64,000 nucleotides of DNA from Vermamoeba vermiformis (lineage: Eukaryota). The notes beneath the pieces are model-generated. The model saw only the letters and a program-made list of their open reading frames with translations, searched no databases and had not been told where the DNA came from. Below, one piece after another: positions 10,643 through 21,029 of the stretch. Position numbers and translations under genes: made by a program. Every line of letters starts with the position of its first letter. Position 1 is the stretch's first letter. Where the stretch lies: contig JBEWZL010000251.1 of the NCBI GenBank assembly GCA_045837725.1, forward strand, positions 1-64,000, read 5' to 3'.

Positions 10643-11062
10643 CCAAAGGCGGGAACTTTTTGTCGGTTGGATTTTTGGATGCGGATTTTTACTCCAAAGA
10701 CCGACTCTTCTCCCTATAATTAAATCTATTCTAGGCCCTGAAGCCTTTGACAGCCTCGGCTCAATTAATGAGATTTGAGTGAGAAAAATAACAATTTTGG
10801 ATTTTGAATCCTGAGGTCTTGCGTGCTCGGATAAAATTTTATCGACCAAGCCTACATAATTTTCCTTTCGTGTAATTTTATCAGTCATTACTTACGTAAA
10901 TCTTTCAAAAGTTGGTGCGTGGTTGTGCGTACTTGATTTTCGGCAAAAATAACGGTACAAAAAAAGCGGTAGGAAGTATTTATCAGGAGCTACGTGGAAC
11001 AACAAAGTTTTGCGAAACTTTTGTAAAATGTTTTGTCATCAGAATTTGCAAAACTTTAGTAT

Positions 11063-13566
11063 TTATTCGAACTTTTGTTTGGCAATAGAATAAACCAGCT
11101 TTTTTACGTATGATTTCGAGCATTTGTTTTGAAAGCACTCCTGCACTAAATGCGACAGCAAATCTTTTTGAGTTGCAGTGCGTAGATTGTGTTCTTTGCA
11201 ATATAATTGTAACAATTGCACGTCTTTGGGATCAATCTCCTTGGATTTGTTGTTCTGTGAAGAGAAGCCTTTGTCGCGCAAGTTTTCGTAGGAAAATACC
11301 TCCGTTGCAGTATCAATAATGAATACACGCATGGGTAGTTGCTCAAACTGCTCCGACAAGAAAAGCAGTTCAGAGTGCACTCGTTCAGTAGGAGACAAGT
11401 CCTTGCGAGCAACGCTGCACTACATTAGAAGAGATAATAGAGGAGTGCTGTCACCGTACCTTGCATTGTACAACAATTGACAGTGCATGATGATAATTAG
11501 ATTCAACTCAAATGAGATGTTTCCGCTTAGTTGCTGGGCCATTGTCGAAAGATAATGGTGCCAGGCTTCAAGCGGAGAAGTTCCTTGAGGAATCTCTTTC
11601 TTTAAAAGCGATGTAAGTATAAGTGAGCACTGCGTATTTGACCATTCTTACGTCAACTAATGATATGTTATGCAAGCTTGCTAGTGTCACTTCTTTGCAC
11701 AGGTTACCAACTGCATGCTTGACCGTTTCATCAACTATTCCGTCTCGAAAGTCTTGTTTTGTCTTGCGCCTATTATGTAATTAGCTTGGTCGTTGAAACA
11801 CCATTGATAAGCTTACTTTTGATCGCCGATAAGTAGAATCACTTCATTTGTGTTATATCTTGACAGTGGTGTTGGTTCCGCAAAGGTGGTTGACCAATTG
11901 CGCAAAGCATCAGCGAGCTGTGATGCATTCTCATAGGCCTTTGCCTTAATCTTCGCAAGAACTGCTGAAAGCTCTTTAACACTATACTTATAATCTACAT
12001 ATTGTTAGGATTTCGGAAATAATGGTGTGTTGCACGCACCTGGATGCGAACGAGGAAGCAACTTTACAACTCGCATCTTAGCATGATAGATATCCGTCAG
12101 TAATACTGGCTTAAATGTTGCTTGGGGGAAGCACTCTGCAAATGCTTCTAAAACAGCGGCACTATCTGATAATTGTCAGAAAAGCAGCCATAAATTCCTG
12201 AAACGTACCAACTATGACATTATCTGAGTATATAAACTTTGTTGTTGGCTCCTTGTGATGCTTCCATAATGTCGCATAAACTGCCGCGGCAATAGTGCGG
12301 TCATCTGATGGAACGATTCGGATCTGCAGAATTTTTCCGGATTCATTGCTGACAGAAAATAAGCTAGCCTTAATTTTTATCTGATTTATAATTAGTAATT
12401 GTGACGTCAAATTGCAGTCAACTTACCCGTGTTGATTCATTCTTTGAATGCGCAGACAAATTTTTCACAATTTTGTACGTGTGATCTCCTCGTAATACGA
12501 CTCCACTGGTTGTGTTCAGATGTTCTTGTTGTCTTGAGTACTCCTGAGACTTCACTGAATGCCAATAAGACATGTATATGTTCTTAATAGTTTGCGTTGA
12601 GATTTCGGTGCTCCGTTCTTGCAAACTGCTGTTCGAAATCCATTGCAATACCAATATCTTCTTTGCACGTGCGAAATTGAAGCCCACTAGTGGCATTGTG
12701 TTGTAGATATAGCAAGCTAATCGAGTAGTGTACAGTAGACGAGTGCCGACAAACAAAGACATGCTCGGACAGTACGTAGGAGGAAGGCATTGCACAATTT
12801 CTGTACTTAGTGCACTGAAGCTTGAGTTGTGAGTGTTGCAACGGTACCGTTGAATCACCAAGGAGTAGATCCCTGAGAGGTCAAACATGACGCGACGTAC
12901 AAATCCATCTTTCACTACGTTGCACTAAACAAATCATGCTATAGAAAGCAATATTAAAGTATTACCATATGTACGTTTAACTTTGCCGGGCATTGTCTCA
13001 ATTTTGTTATTACGCGTCCTTTGCATTTCCAGTTGAACTTGTATTCCTTCAAGCCATTTAAGGAAATTTCTGGTTGAACATTAATTAACAATTGTGCGGA
13101 GAGTGAAACTGTACCTTCTTCTGAACTCCAGGATTCGTCGTCCGAACTTTCCTCATCGGTAGAATCACTTTCAGAATCGTCCAATTGAGGGAGAGCTGCC
13201 GCAATGTCGTTTAAATTGAAAGACCCTAGTATTGTTAGTCTCTTATTGTCTACCATAATGACACATACCTTGCAGATCAATCTGATCGGTGGCAGTTGGC
13301 AGCTCGCACTTTACTACTGTGGTTGCACGTCGCTCTTTTTTCTTCCAGCCACTCTCTCGTACAGTTACTGTCTACTGTTAGACTTGATTTGACAGAGAAA
13401 ACGTACTTCCGAGATGTACTTCTTTGATGTGCCGCTCAACATTTCCTTTATACTCGGAAGAATAGCGGCACACGATGCAAGAGTGCTTGGTGAATCCATT
13501 TGTTTTAGATGACTGATACAATGATTTGACCCTGACGGCCAGCTCTTCTTCTGTTGTGTGCTCCAT
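11063..13566 (-). CDS. DDE transposase (C2H2 finger + Cys/His domain + RNase H-like core with DxxH), DUF6729-like family by recollection
   Basis: Spliced product contains CIVC..HIKEVH, RYRCNTH, LRGDHTYKIV (D), SVSNESGKI, FIYSDN (D), LLTDIYHAKMR (DxxH) and GTSPLEAWH (E). The gene lies inside the TIRs, and no stop was found in the exons I translated. Confidence 0.8.
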
Positions 13567-13612
13567 CGCGTGTCACAAATAACTTTTATTTACAACGTAA
13601 ACAGATCAACAC

Positions 13613-15263
13613 ATGTCAGGTAAAAATAAAATAGCTGGCACACTAGTGCTAATTTAAATTAGGAAAAAAGAGGGGACGCGTATCACAGGAAGACATCAAC
13701 GTCGCAGTCAAAAGTACGGATCGTGTGTCTTTTTTTTCGCCTACTAATTTTTATTTGCCCCAGAAAAACTCAAAGTTGACAAAAATGGTACGGCCAATAT
13801 CTCTGAAGGGTTAAGAGTAATTTTAAATAATTAGACGAGGAGAAACAGACTCAACCAAAAGCGAAATCTGCAGCAACAAAAAGTGCGTAGCTTATTTACC
13901 GCTATTCCTAACTCACATTAGGTTCTAAAGAGAAGGAGAACGAAAAGAGTGCCAAAGAACCGCAGTCTGGTAAGTGGAAAAGTTCGGCGAATCTTTTGAC
14001 AAAAGTCAGTGTAGTTTTCACTCGTTCGCACAATCTTTTGACAAAACTTTGGTAATTTTTCTTTTAGGTCACAATACTCGTCAAGCCAGTGCTGCGAACA
14101 ATAAGAATAATAACGATGATATTACCAGTAACACAAATGAAATTACAGCATCTGAATTGCCTGTTAAAAAGGATCCTGCAACAGATCTCGTGCCTATAAA
14201 AGAAGGCGACGTAATCTCATTATTTGGTGAAAATAATAGTAAGAATATTATTTTAGAATATTGTGCTATTACTAAAATAATTTTAGAGCCGTGGTTTGGG
14301 ATCGTGCGCAAACTTGAGGGAGATCAGATGCGCGTCACCTTCTTAGAGGTAGATAAATGCTGAGTAAATTCACTAATAATAATATACTAATAAGTATTTA
14401 ATTAGCCCAAAAATGGCCGACGGGTAGTTTTTTCTCAAGGAGCAACAGAGGATGTACCTCACGCCGCGCTAATTTGCCCTGTTAGCGCCAAATTCGTCAA
14501 CGAAGAGGTCATTATCAAAGACTTAGAGCAAAAGCGAGCCCACAATACTTCGCAAAAGATTGGTATGTTGGATCATCTGTTTGCCGAATCTTGAATCTGA
14601 CTCTTCGTATAGATCAGCACATCGCAAACCCTGCCCTGGAAAATAGGCAGCGAATAGAGAATTGGGAATTTGCCGCGCAATACGTCAAGCAGCACTTTGA
14701 GGATTCAGGTACGCTTTACAGCTTTAATTAATTCGCTCATTATTTTATTCTAGAAACTCAACGAAAAGTGCTTAGCGCAATGGCAAAGGACATGGTAATT
14801 ATCTGTTTGCATCGAAATCTCGAGCGCTTTGGTTTTTACAACAAGCAGCACTGGGCAAAAACAAAAGACGGAAACGGAGCAACAATGTTTCCGTTTTTAC
14901 TTCTATTGCGGTTGGTAGCAATGTCTCTCGAACGAGGGAACTGGCAACGTGTCAATCAGGGTGGAATTATATGGCAAGCAACCATAACTATGGCGAATGT
15001 CAACTACCGTCAAGTTAATATATGTGGTACGTGCACCTTGTATTGTATCTATTTATTTATTTACGTACCTAGGAGGAATGTCAGGACCAACGTGGGAGGC
15101 AGCTTTAAAAGTTTTAGCGGATCTTGGATTTGTGGCACCAGTCGACGTGTTCAATGGGCCCCAAGTGACTATTACAATAACTCTTCCTCCTTTTAAGCCG
15201 TTCAATTCCGTGCCAGAAGTAGTTGACTTAACAACAGCCATGCTTGAAGAATTAAACGAATAA
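13613..15263 (+). CDS. Transposon accessory protein with a basic low-complexity N-terminus and a possible Tudor/SH3-like barrel
   Basis: About 11 exons splice in frame from ATG 13613 (MSGKKRGRVSQ..) through IKEGDVISLFGENKPWFGIVRKLEGDQMRVTFLE to ..AMLEELNE*. The domain guess rests on the pattern only. Confidence 0.7.
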
Positions 15264-15587
15264 ATTATTGTGCACGTAAATATTTGTTTTGTAATTGCTC
15301 GCAAATAAACGATAAACCTTATCGCAAATAAACGATAAACCTTTAATTCATTGACAAAACATTTTACAAAAGTTTAGCGGAACTTCGTTGTTCCACGTAG
15401 CTCCTGATAAATACTTCCTACCAAAAAAGCGCGCTACTGGCCATTGGTGGGTAAGCCAAAAAAGGAAACCCTTGTCTTGGGCAAACATATTGAATATAAA
15501 CACGACCATTAGAAGGTGGTTTATTTATGTAACGTATTTTAATGCATTAAACAGAATGCACTCAAAGAAAGCATCCAGATCCTTCGT

Positions 15588-16099
15588 TTACCATTCGTGC
15601 AATTTGTCTCCTCGGATTCTTCTGGCCAATTGCATATCCTTTGGCATTATAGTTACTCTCTTGGCATGGATGGCTACCAAATTGGAGAGCTCCAGCAGAG
15701 TGACGAGAAATTCCTCGGCCGATTCCTGCAAGGCGAGCATTGCATTTTTCTGGAAACGAAGATCCGTCTTAAAATCTTGGGTAATCTCTCTGACCAATCT
15801 GCAGAAAGGAGCAAAGGGCAACAGCAGGCTATAGGACTTTTGGTACTTTCGGATCTCGCGAAGAGCAACTAAAGGTAATTATTAAAAAAATTAATTCAAA
15901 ATATTAGCAAATAAATGATTATAATTAAGTATTAGTTATGCTAAATTATTTTCTTCAATATCTTACCAGTCCCGGGTCTAAATCTGTGCGGTTTTTTAGC
16001 GGATCCCTGCGGAATTTTACTGCGCTTCTTCGGCGCATTGTTCTTACGTGGAGCCTTGCCTCCCGTGCTTTTTCTTGCGTGTTGTTTCGTTCGTGCCAT
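15588..16099 (-). CDS. H3: Divergent histone H3 variant (2 exons, intron 15869-15966)
   Basis: [137 protein letters not shown]; unmistakable H3 tail and histone fold. Confidence 0.95.
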
Positions 16100-16152
16100 A
16101 TTATTACATGTATTAAACCGAGTTTTTGGTTAGTTTATTTTTTGACCAGATC

Positions 16153-17206
16153 ATGGAACACAAAATCAATTTTAGGTAAGCATTAATAGAACTTTATTTA
16201 TTAATAATAATATTTCAATATAATTATTAGACAAGTGGGCAACCCAGATTTATTCGATTATTTTTACCTGGATGCAGCCCGGCAAGAATTTTTGCTCACT
16301 ATCAACGGTGCTGCTAGAATCCTTGGCAAAACTAAGTTTGCATGGATGAAAGCAGCGAAGAAAGGTAATAAATTTAATTTTAAAATATTATTTATTTCTG
16401 ATCTGATCATTAACCAGATCCCGAGTACGCCAGCATTGTCGTGGAAAATGTTGCCATTGATTGGTTTGAGGGGGAAAGGGTTGACGGCAATGCTTTGCGT
16501 GCCAAGTGGATCAACTTGCAAGGGTTGAACAAACTCGTTCCCTTGTACATACGAAACAAAAACTTGAATGCCGTGTGCAGTGTGTTGACGTAAGTATTGT
16601 TATTCTTTATTTTAACTTATCCGCAATTTTTAGTGAGCAACTCTTCACCTTGGGACTTGAAAATGTTCTCCAAGTCCAAATAGACACCGAGAGCAATCGA
16701 GTAAAGGTAAGTCGTATCATGCATTAAATATCCATTTATTAACTTTTGTACAGTTTTCACTGGTTGACGACCTTTCCAAAGCCTATGCTCCCTATCAGAG
16801 GCCTCCTACTGAAGTTGAGCTGCTTCCAGATGGAGTGGAAGTGCTCAATTTGGTTGCCAAACGCATTGACGAGCTCACAGATAACTGGCTGGCTGAACAG
16901 TATCTAACAGCTGACGATAAGGCTTTGCTGGATAAAGCCCCTGATTTGCCTTTCGATGATAGGTGCCGTCAGCGGTTGCGCAATACCATTGCCAACCTCT
17001 TTGCCTCCTTCTCTGAGGAGGAACGAAGACTCAGAACCTTGCGAGCAAGCGACACTGAAGATGATGAAGAGGATGAGGAATCAGAAGAGGAAGAAGAAGA
17101 GGAGGACGATGACGAAGACTATGGTGCGAGCAATGACCATTCCAGCTCCTCGGTGGAGGAGAAGTCAAACGATGAGTCTTCTGTTGACTCTATGGATATT
17201 GATTAA
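16153..17206 (+). CDS. Protein with a BRO-N-like N-terminal domain and a long acidic C-terminal tail (5 exons)
   Basis: Splices in frame from MEHKINFRQVGNP. FLLTINGAARILG and AKWINLQGLNKLV resemble the two BRO-N signature blocks. Tail is DTEDDEEDEESEEEEEEEDDDED. Confidence 0.65.
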
Positions 17207-18621
17207 GTATGAAATATAAAGCATCTTTTCTTAATTTAGCTTACCGATTATCATCTTGGAAATGCAACGAACAGCTTGCTTTTGCGAATTGCCACCTGAA
17301 TAACGCTTTTCAACTTCCGCCACCGATCTTTGCTCATTGTGGGCAATCAATTTAAGATATGCTCTTGATATAATTAGTAATGGATATTGGTGAATAGAGA
17401 GTTACTTACCAGTTGTTATTCCACCAAATCCAACGATCCCGTATCTCGAATCGAAAACTTTTTTGCTTTTACGGCCTTAATTGATGTTTGCTATTAATAA
17501 AAGTAATTAAAATATTATAGGGATATATTTTAATATGTCTGCAACTTCAACAATTGCAGATTTGACCTGGATCAAAAAATTGATCAGGACCAAAAATTGA
17601 TAGAAAATCGATATTATTATTTTTTTAACGTGTAATATGTTATTTTTATGCTATTCTAATATAATTTATATGAAATTAATCATTAAAAGACTTACCAGTC
17701 GCAAAATCCAAAAAAAAAATTAAATCTGGCTTGCATTGGAAAAAAAGTTTTTCTAGTCTGCTGCTAGGTTATTTAATCTCGTGGTAAATTACACCCCACG
17801 AGATTTTGACCCTTTGTGCCCCTCTGTTGCGGCTGCATTGGATCCTGGGATAGAAATACTAACGGCCACAGGTGAAAATCCTCCCAAAAACCGCGAGGGA
17901 GGATTTTACTGGAACGCACTTTTCTCAGCTTGGCGGTTTCCAGTATTAAAAGTAATTACATAGCGATGATCAGCGACGTTTACTCTATAACGTCAATCGT
18001 TTTGAGGCCAATTGGTAAGTGTTTTTAATAAATTTTTATTCGGTTGCACAAATTCGTTTCTAAATCTGGCAACGCTGGATCAAAGATTAAAAACCTTCAA
18101 ATTTAACGCTTCTTTTCACTTCATTATATTATATTGACAGTAATTAATACTATTATGCTTCTCCCATCACTATTCATTGCCTACTAACATGTGGGCAATG
18201 AAGCAGATCCTGAATCCGAAAATTTTTGGCTTAATAATGACTCAGTACAGTTACTAATATGGTGAATATCTATTAAACAGACTGCTTTTTGCATCGGCAA
18301 CGTGATTATTCGTTTTTGCTCGGGTGTACGTACTTTGAACTTTCTCATCCCGAATCTGCAACCAAACTCGCTATCAAAAAATTGATAACACTTCAATATT
18401 TATTCCCATTGCACTTCTGATCATTATTTTGCATTCAGGCTAGTCTAAAACTTTTTTGCCCTGAATCCCAAGTCGTAACCACAGGTTTAAAACTCTAAAG
18501 TATCAAACAGATAGCTTTCGCTGAAAGCAATGTGATTAATCGATTATTTAACTTTGCTCAATAGGTCTACACGAGTTTCCAAAGCTTTTATTTTTTGTTT
18601 TTCCCAAAACGTAGCAACACA

Positions 18622-19260
18622 ATGGACCGTCGCCTGAAGCTCTTCTCCAATATGTAAGTGCTTGAATTATCTAATTGTACATTATTTAATGCATAATACA
18701 GCCCGCCCAGAGACCCTGGTGCACCTCGCATACTGCTTGGACCCCGCCGTGCATCCACGACCGACGATACACCCTCCGCACCCAGCAAGCGCCGCAAGTA
18801 CGAGCAGGTAGTAGGTGCTCCTCTTTACCGACCTTCTTAACAGATGGTTTCGTAGCCTTTGTTGCCGATCATTCCAAGCCAGGTAATCCTCCCCAGGATT
18901 GCCTTGTTATGGAGTCAGTCGTTTGATTCTTCACCTGGTGGGTGCCAATGGAGCCTTGGATCACTAAGACTTGTCAGCCGCAATTGCAAACATATCTGTG
19001 ACGAATACTTGTTGGATCGAGCTGCTTCGCTGGGATCCGTTGCTGGAATGGTCAAGCTCTCTGGCCTGCGCTTTCAGCCCACCAACAATACCTGTCGCTT
19101 GGCTGCTGCTCAAGGGCACTTGGAATGCTTGGTCTTTGCCTACTGCAACCTTTACGTTCCCTTGGAAGATGCATTGAGCATTGCTCAGTCATCAGGCTTT
19201 GTCCACATCCTTGCTTATGCCAAGAAAGCTGCATGGCCAGTACCGAAGAAACTACAATAG
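18622..19260 (+). CDS. Short ankyrin-repeat protein of the type common in giant viruses and protists (3 exons)
   Basis: MDRRLKLFSNI/PPRDPG..SKRRKYEQ/PLLP.. followed by LLDRAASLGS, TCRLAAAQGHLECLVFAY and ALSIAQSSGFVHILAYA. Confidence 0.65.
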
Positions 19261-19381
19261 TCATTATTCTGTTAATGCTTAGTAGCACACACACAGAGAC
19301 GTAATGGAGCCAAAATGCAATAAACAGGTTTCTTTCATCGAGTGCAGCCTGTTTGATACACTTTCAGCCCATCCAAGCAGC

Positions 19382-19735
19382 AGGGCATCCTCCAGAGATG
19401 ATACCTTATGTATTCACTGGCCCTTGTGGGGGAGGGTGTCCACCATGGAGGACGCCCTATGTACGTGTTTGTCTCAGCAGGGGAGGGCGTCCTCCATGGA
19501 GGACGCCCTATGTACTTATCCGTGCCGGTCTGAGTGGGGGAGGGCGTCCTCCATGGAGGACGCCCTATGTACGTGCCTGTCCGAGTCAGGGAGGGCGTCC
19601 TCCATGGAGGACGCCCTATGTACGTGCTTGTCTCAGCGGGGGAGGGCGTCCTCCATGGAGGACGCCCTATCTACTTACCCGTGCCGGTCTGAGTCGGGGA
19701 GGGCGTCCTCCATGGAGGACGCCCTATGTACGTGC
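19382..19735. repeat. Tandem array of 26-bp perfect palindromes AGGGCGTCCTCCATGGAGGACGCCCT, unit 51 or 57 bp
   Basis: Perfect copies at 19484, 19541, 19592, 19643 and 19700, a 2-mismatch copy at 19433 and a degenerate copy at 19382. Periods are 51,51,57,51,51,57. Confidence 0.95.
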
Positions 19736-19770
19736 CCAACTGACCTCAAAACTCCCAGCCCTAGCCCTAT

Positions 19771-19875
19771 TACCAGTATAATCTGACGCAACCACCTAGG
19801 ACCATAATTGGTCTGGGCCTACTAGTACTGGTATAAAGGGGAGTTTGCTACGCGGCCGTGCCTGCCGGCACGGCC
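19771..19875. other. Cluster of stem-loops after the palindrome array (candidate element terminus)
   Basis: TACCAGTA..TACTGGTA (19771/19825) encloses GACCA-TAAT-TGGTC. A 9-bp GC stem GGCCGTGCC-TGCC-GGCACGGCC lies at 19854-19875. Confidence 0.6.
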
Positions 19876-21029
19876 TCACGGAACAGATCCCTAACCACGG
19901 GGACGCCTCCTTGTTGACCAAGTTTGACCAGACCCCCGTCCGCGCCGCGGGGACGCCCCTGTAAAAAAAGTTAAAAAGTTAAACCCTAAAGTGGAAGTTA
20001 GCCCTACATAGTATACTAGTGGCTCCTGGACATTACTTCAATTTCAGCAAGATTTTAGCCAATTTTGCAGTTGTCCCACAGGAAAAGGCTTATAACCCTT
20101 AAAAGGACTAAGCCTAAGTATATATATAATCTTGTAGCAGAAATTGACCTCAACTATGATAGTGCTCCTTGGCATCACAATTTAGATTTACACTATGATA
20201 TGTTTAATTGTATTGCCAATATCACCAACATCACCACTATGCATTGCCCAATAACACCAGATATCAATTCACATTATTTAGGTCAAAACTGAAGAACAGA
20301 TGGCATGTTGACCCACCTCTTATAAATCACCCAGCTCCCACAATACCCATTGAATTTATGCTACCATACAAATATGCAATGGAGGAAGTGTGATAAAGAA
20401 GATTTAGCCTCACTTGACCTAATAAAAAAAAATCTATGAATCCTCAGGGTATGGCATAATTAGAAGAGATTGGATTATTTTCTGCCATTGACATGTTATT
20501 TGAACACTTTCAGAGAACAGATTGTCCAGATTGAAATATTACTTTTGCTATTACAGAAAATTTCATTAATATTTGTTCAATATTTCCAGGAGTTAAATTA
20601 AAATTTCCAAATCCTTACTAGGTTGACTAATCTTGCCCTACAAGTCCATGGCTGGATTTTGTAACACAGGTTTTTGGATACTTCTTCAGCCAAATCTTGA
20701 CAGTGTGCACACATATTGTGAAGTCACTTTTTGATTGCTTGAGTGCTACACTAATTATACTGTAATGCACCATAAGATACTGACAGCAGTTATTGGCAGG
20801 CTTACCCACCAATAAAATTGAAATGGAGCACAAGATGTCAATATAAAACACCGAAAACAGAAAGTACTAATTTTGGAATACCCACAATGCTCATGACAAG
20901 CAGCACTAGCTCCTAAGTTCACCAAGAAAGGATGGGTTAGGGTAAAACAAAGGTGATTTTGGCTTCAGTTATCCCAGCAAAAGTGCATTGCTTGGACTTT
21001 GGGGGACTAGTCAAGCAACAACAATAAAT

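Larger units (their letters stand above)
10968..15422. mobile_element. Two-gene TIR DNA transposon with a DxxH-type DDE transposase, apparently intact, 4455 bp
   Basis: 71-bp TIRs at 10968-11038 and 15352-15422 with 4 mismatches; the outer 36 bp are identical (GGTAGGAAGTATTTATCAGGAGCTACGTGGAACAAC). Perfect 8-bp TSD AAAAAAGC at 10960-10967 and 15423-15430. Confidence 0.93.
6566..20020. mobile_element. Putative large left-truncated mobile or virus-like element carrying a histone H3 variant (boundaries approximate)
   Basis: Block of non-housekeeping genes (two unknowns, H3 variant, BRO-N-like, virus-type ankyrin) with a nested transposon, a palindrome array and GC-rich hairpins at the right end, and a telomeric-repeat junction at the left. 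No TIR or TSD pair was found for this layer. Confidence 0.45.

Noticed and set aside
15588-16099. Centromeric H3 (CenH3)
   Set aside because: The N-terminal 18 residues are nearly canonical, there is no loop-1 insertion (QDFKTDLRF) and F84 is retained; only the Q68 change is CenH3-like.
18840-18856. Premature TAG in the ankyrin gene
   Set aside because: The TAG is itself a plausible in-frame 3' splice acceptor.
19382-19735. CRISPR array
   Set aside because: Spacers are homologous to each other (two types), the repeat is a loopless perfect palindrome, no cas genes are present and the context is eukaryotic.
19304-19786. 160-aa and 142-aa ORFs over the palindrome array
   Set aside because: Open frames follow from GC-rich units of 51/57 bp (multiples of 3); there is no independent coding evidence.
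19800-20020. Canonical Helitron 3' end
   Set aside because: The CTAG words are not at the usual ~10-12 nt from the GC hairpin, and no RepHel gene is in the window; kept only as an unclassified terminus.
20934-20943. GGGTTAGGGT as the partner end of the 6547 telomeric repeat
   Set aside because: Only about 1.5 units with no flanking similarity or TSD; compatible with chance.
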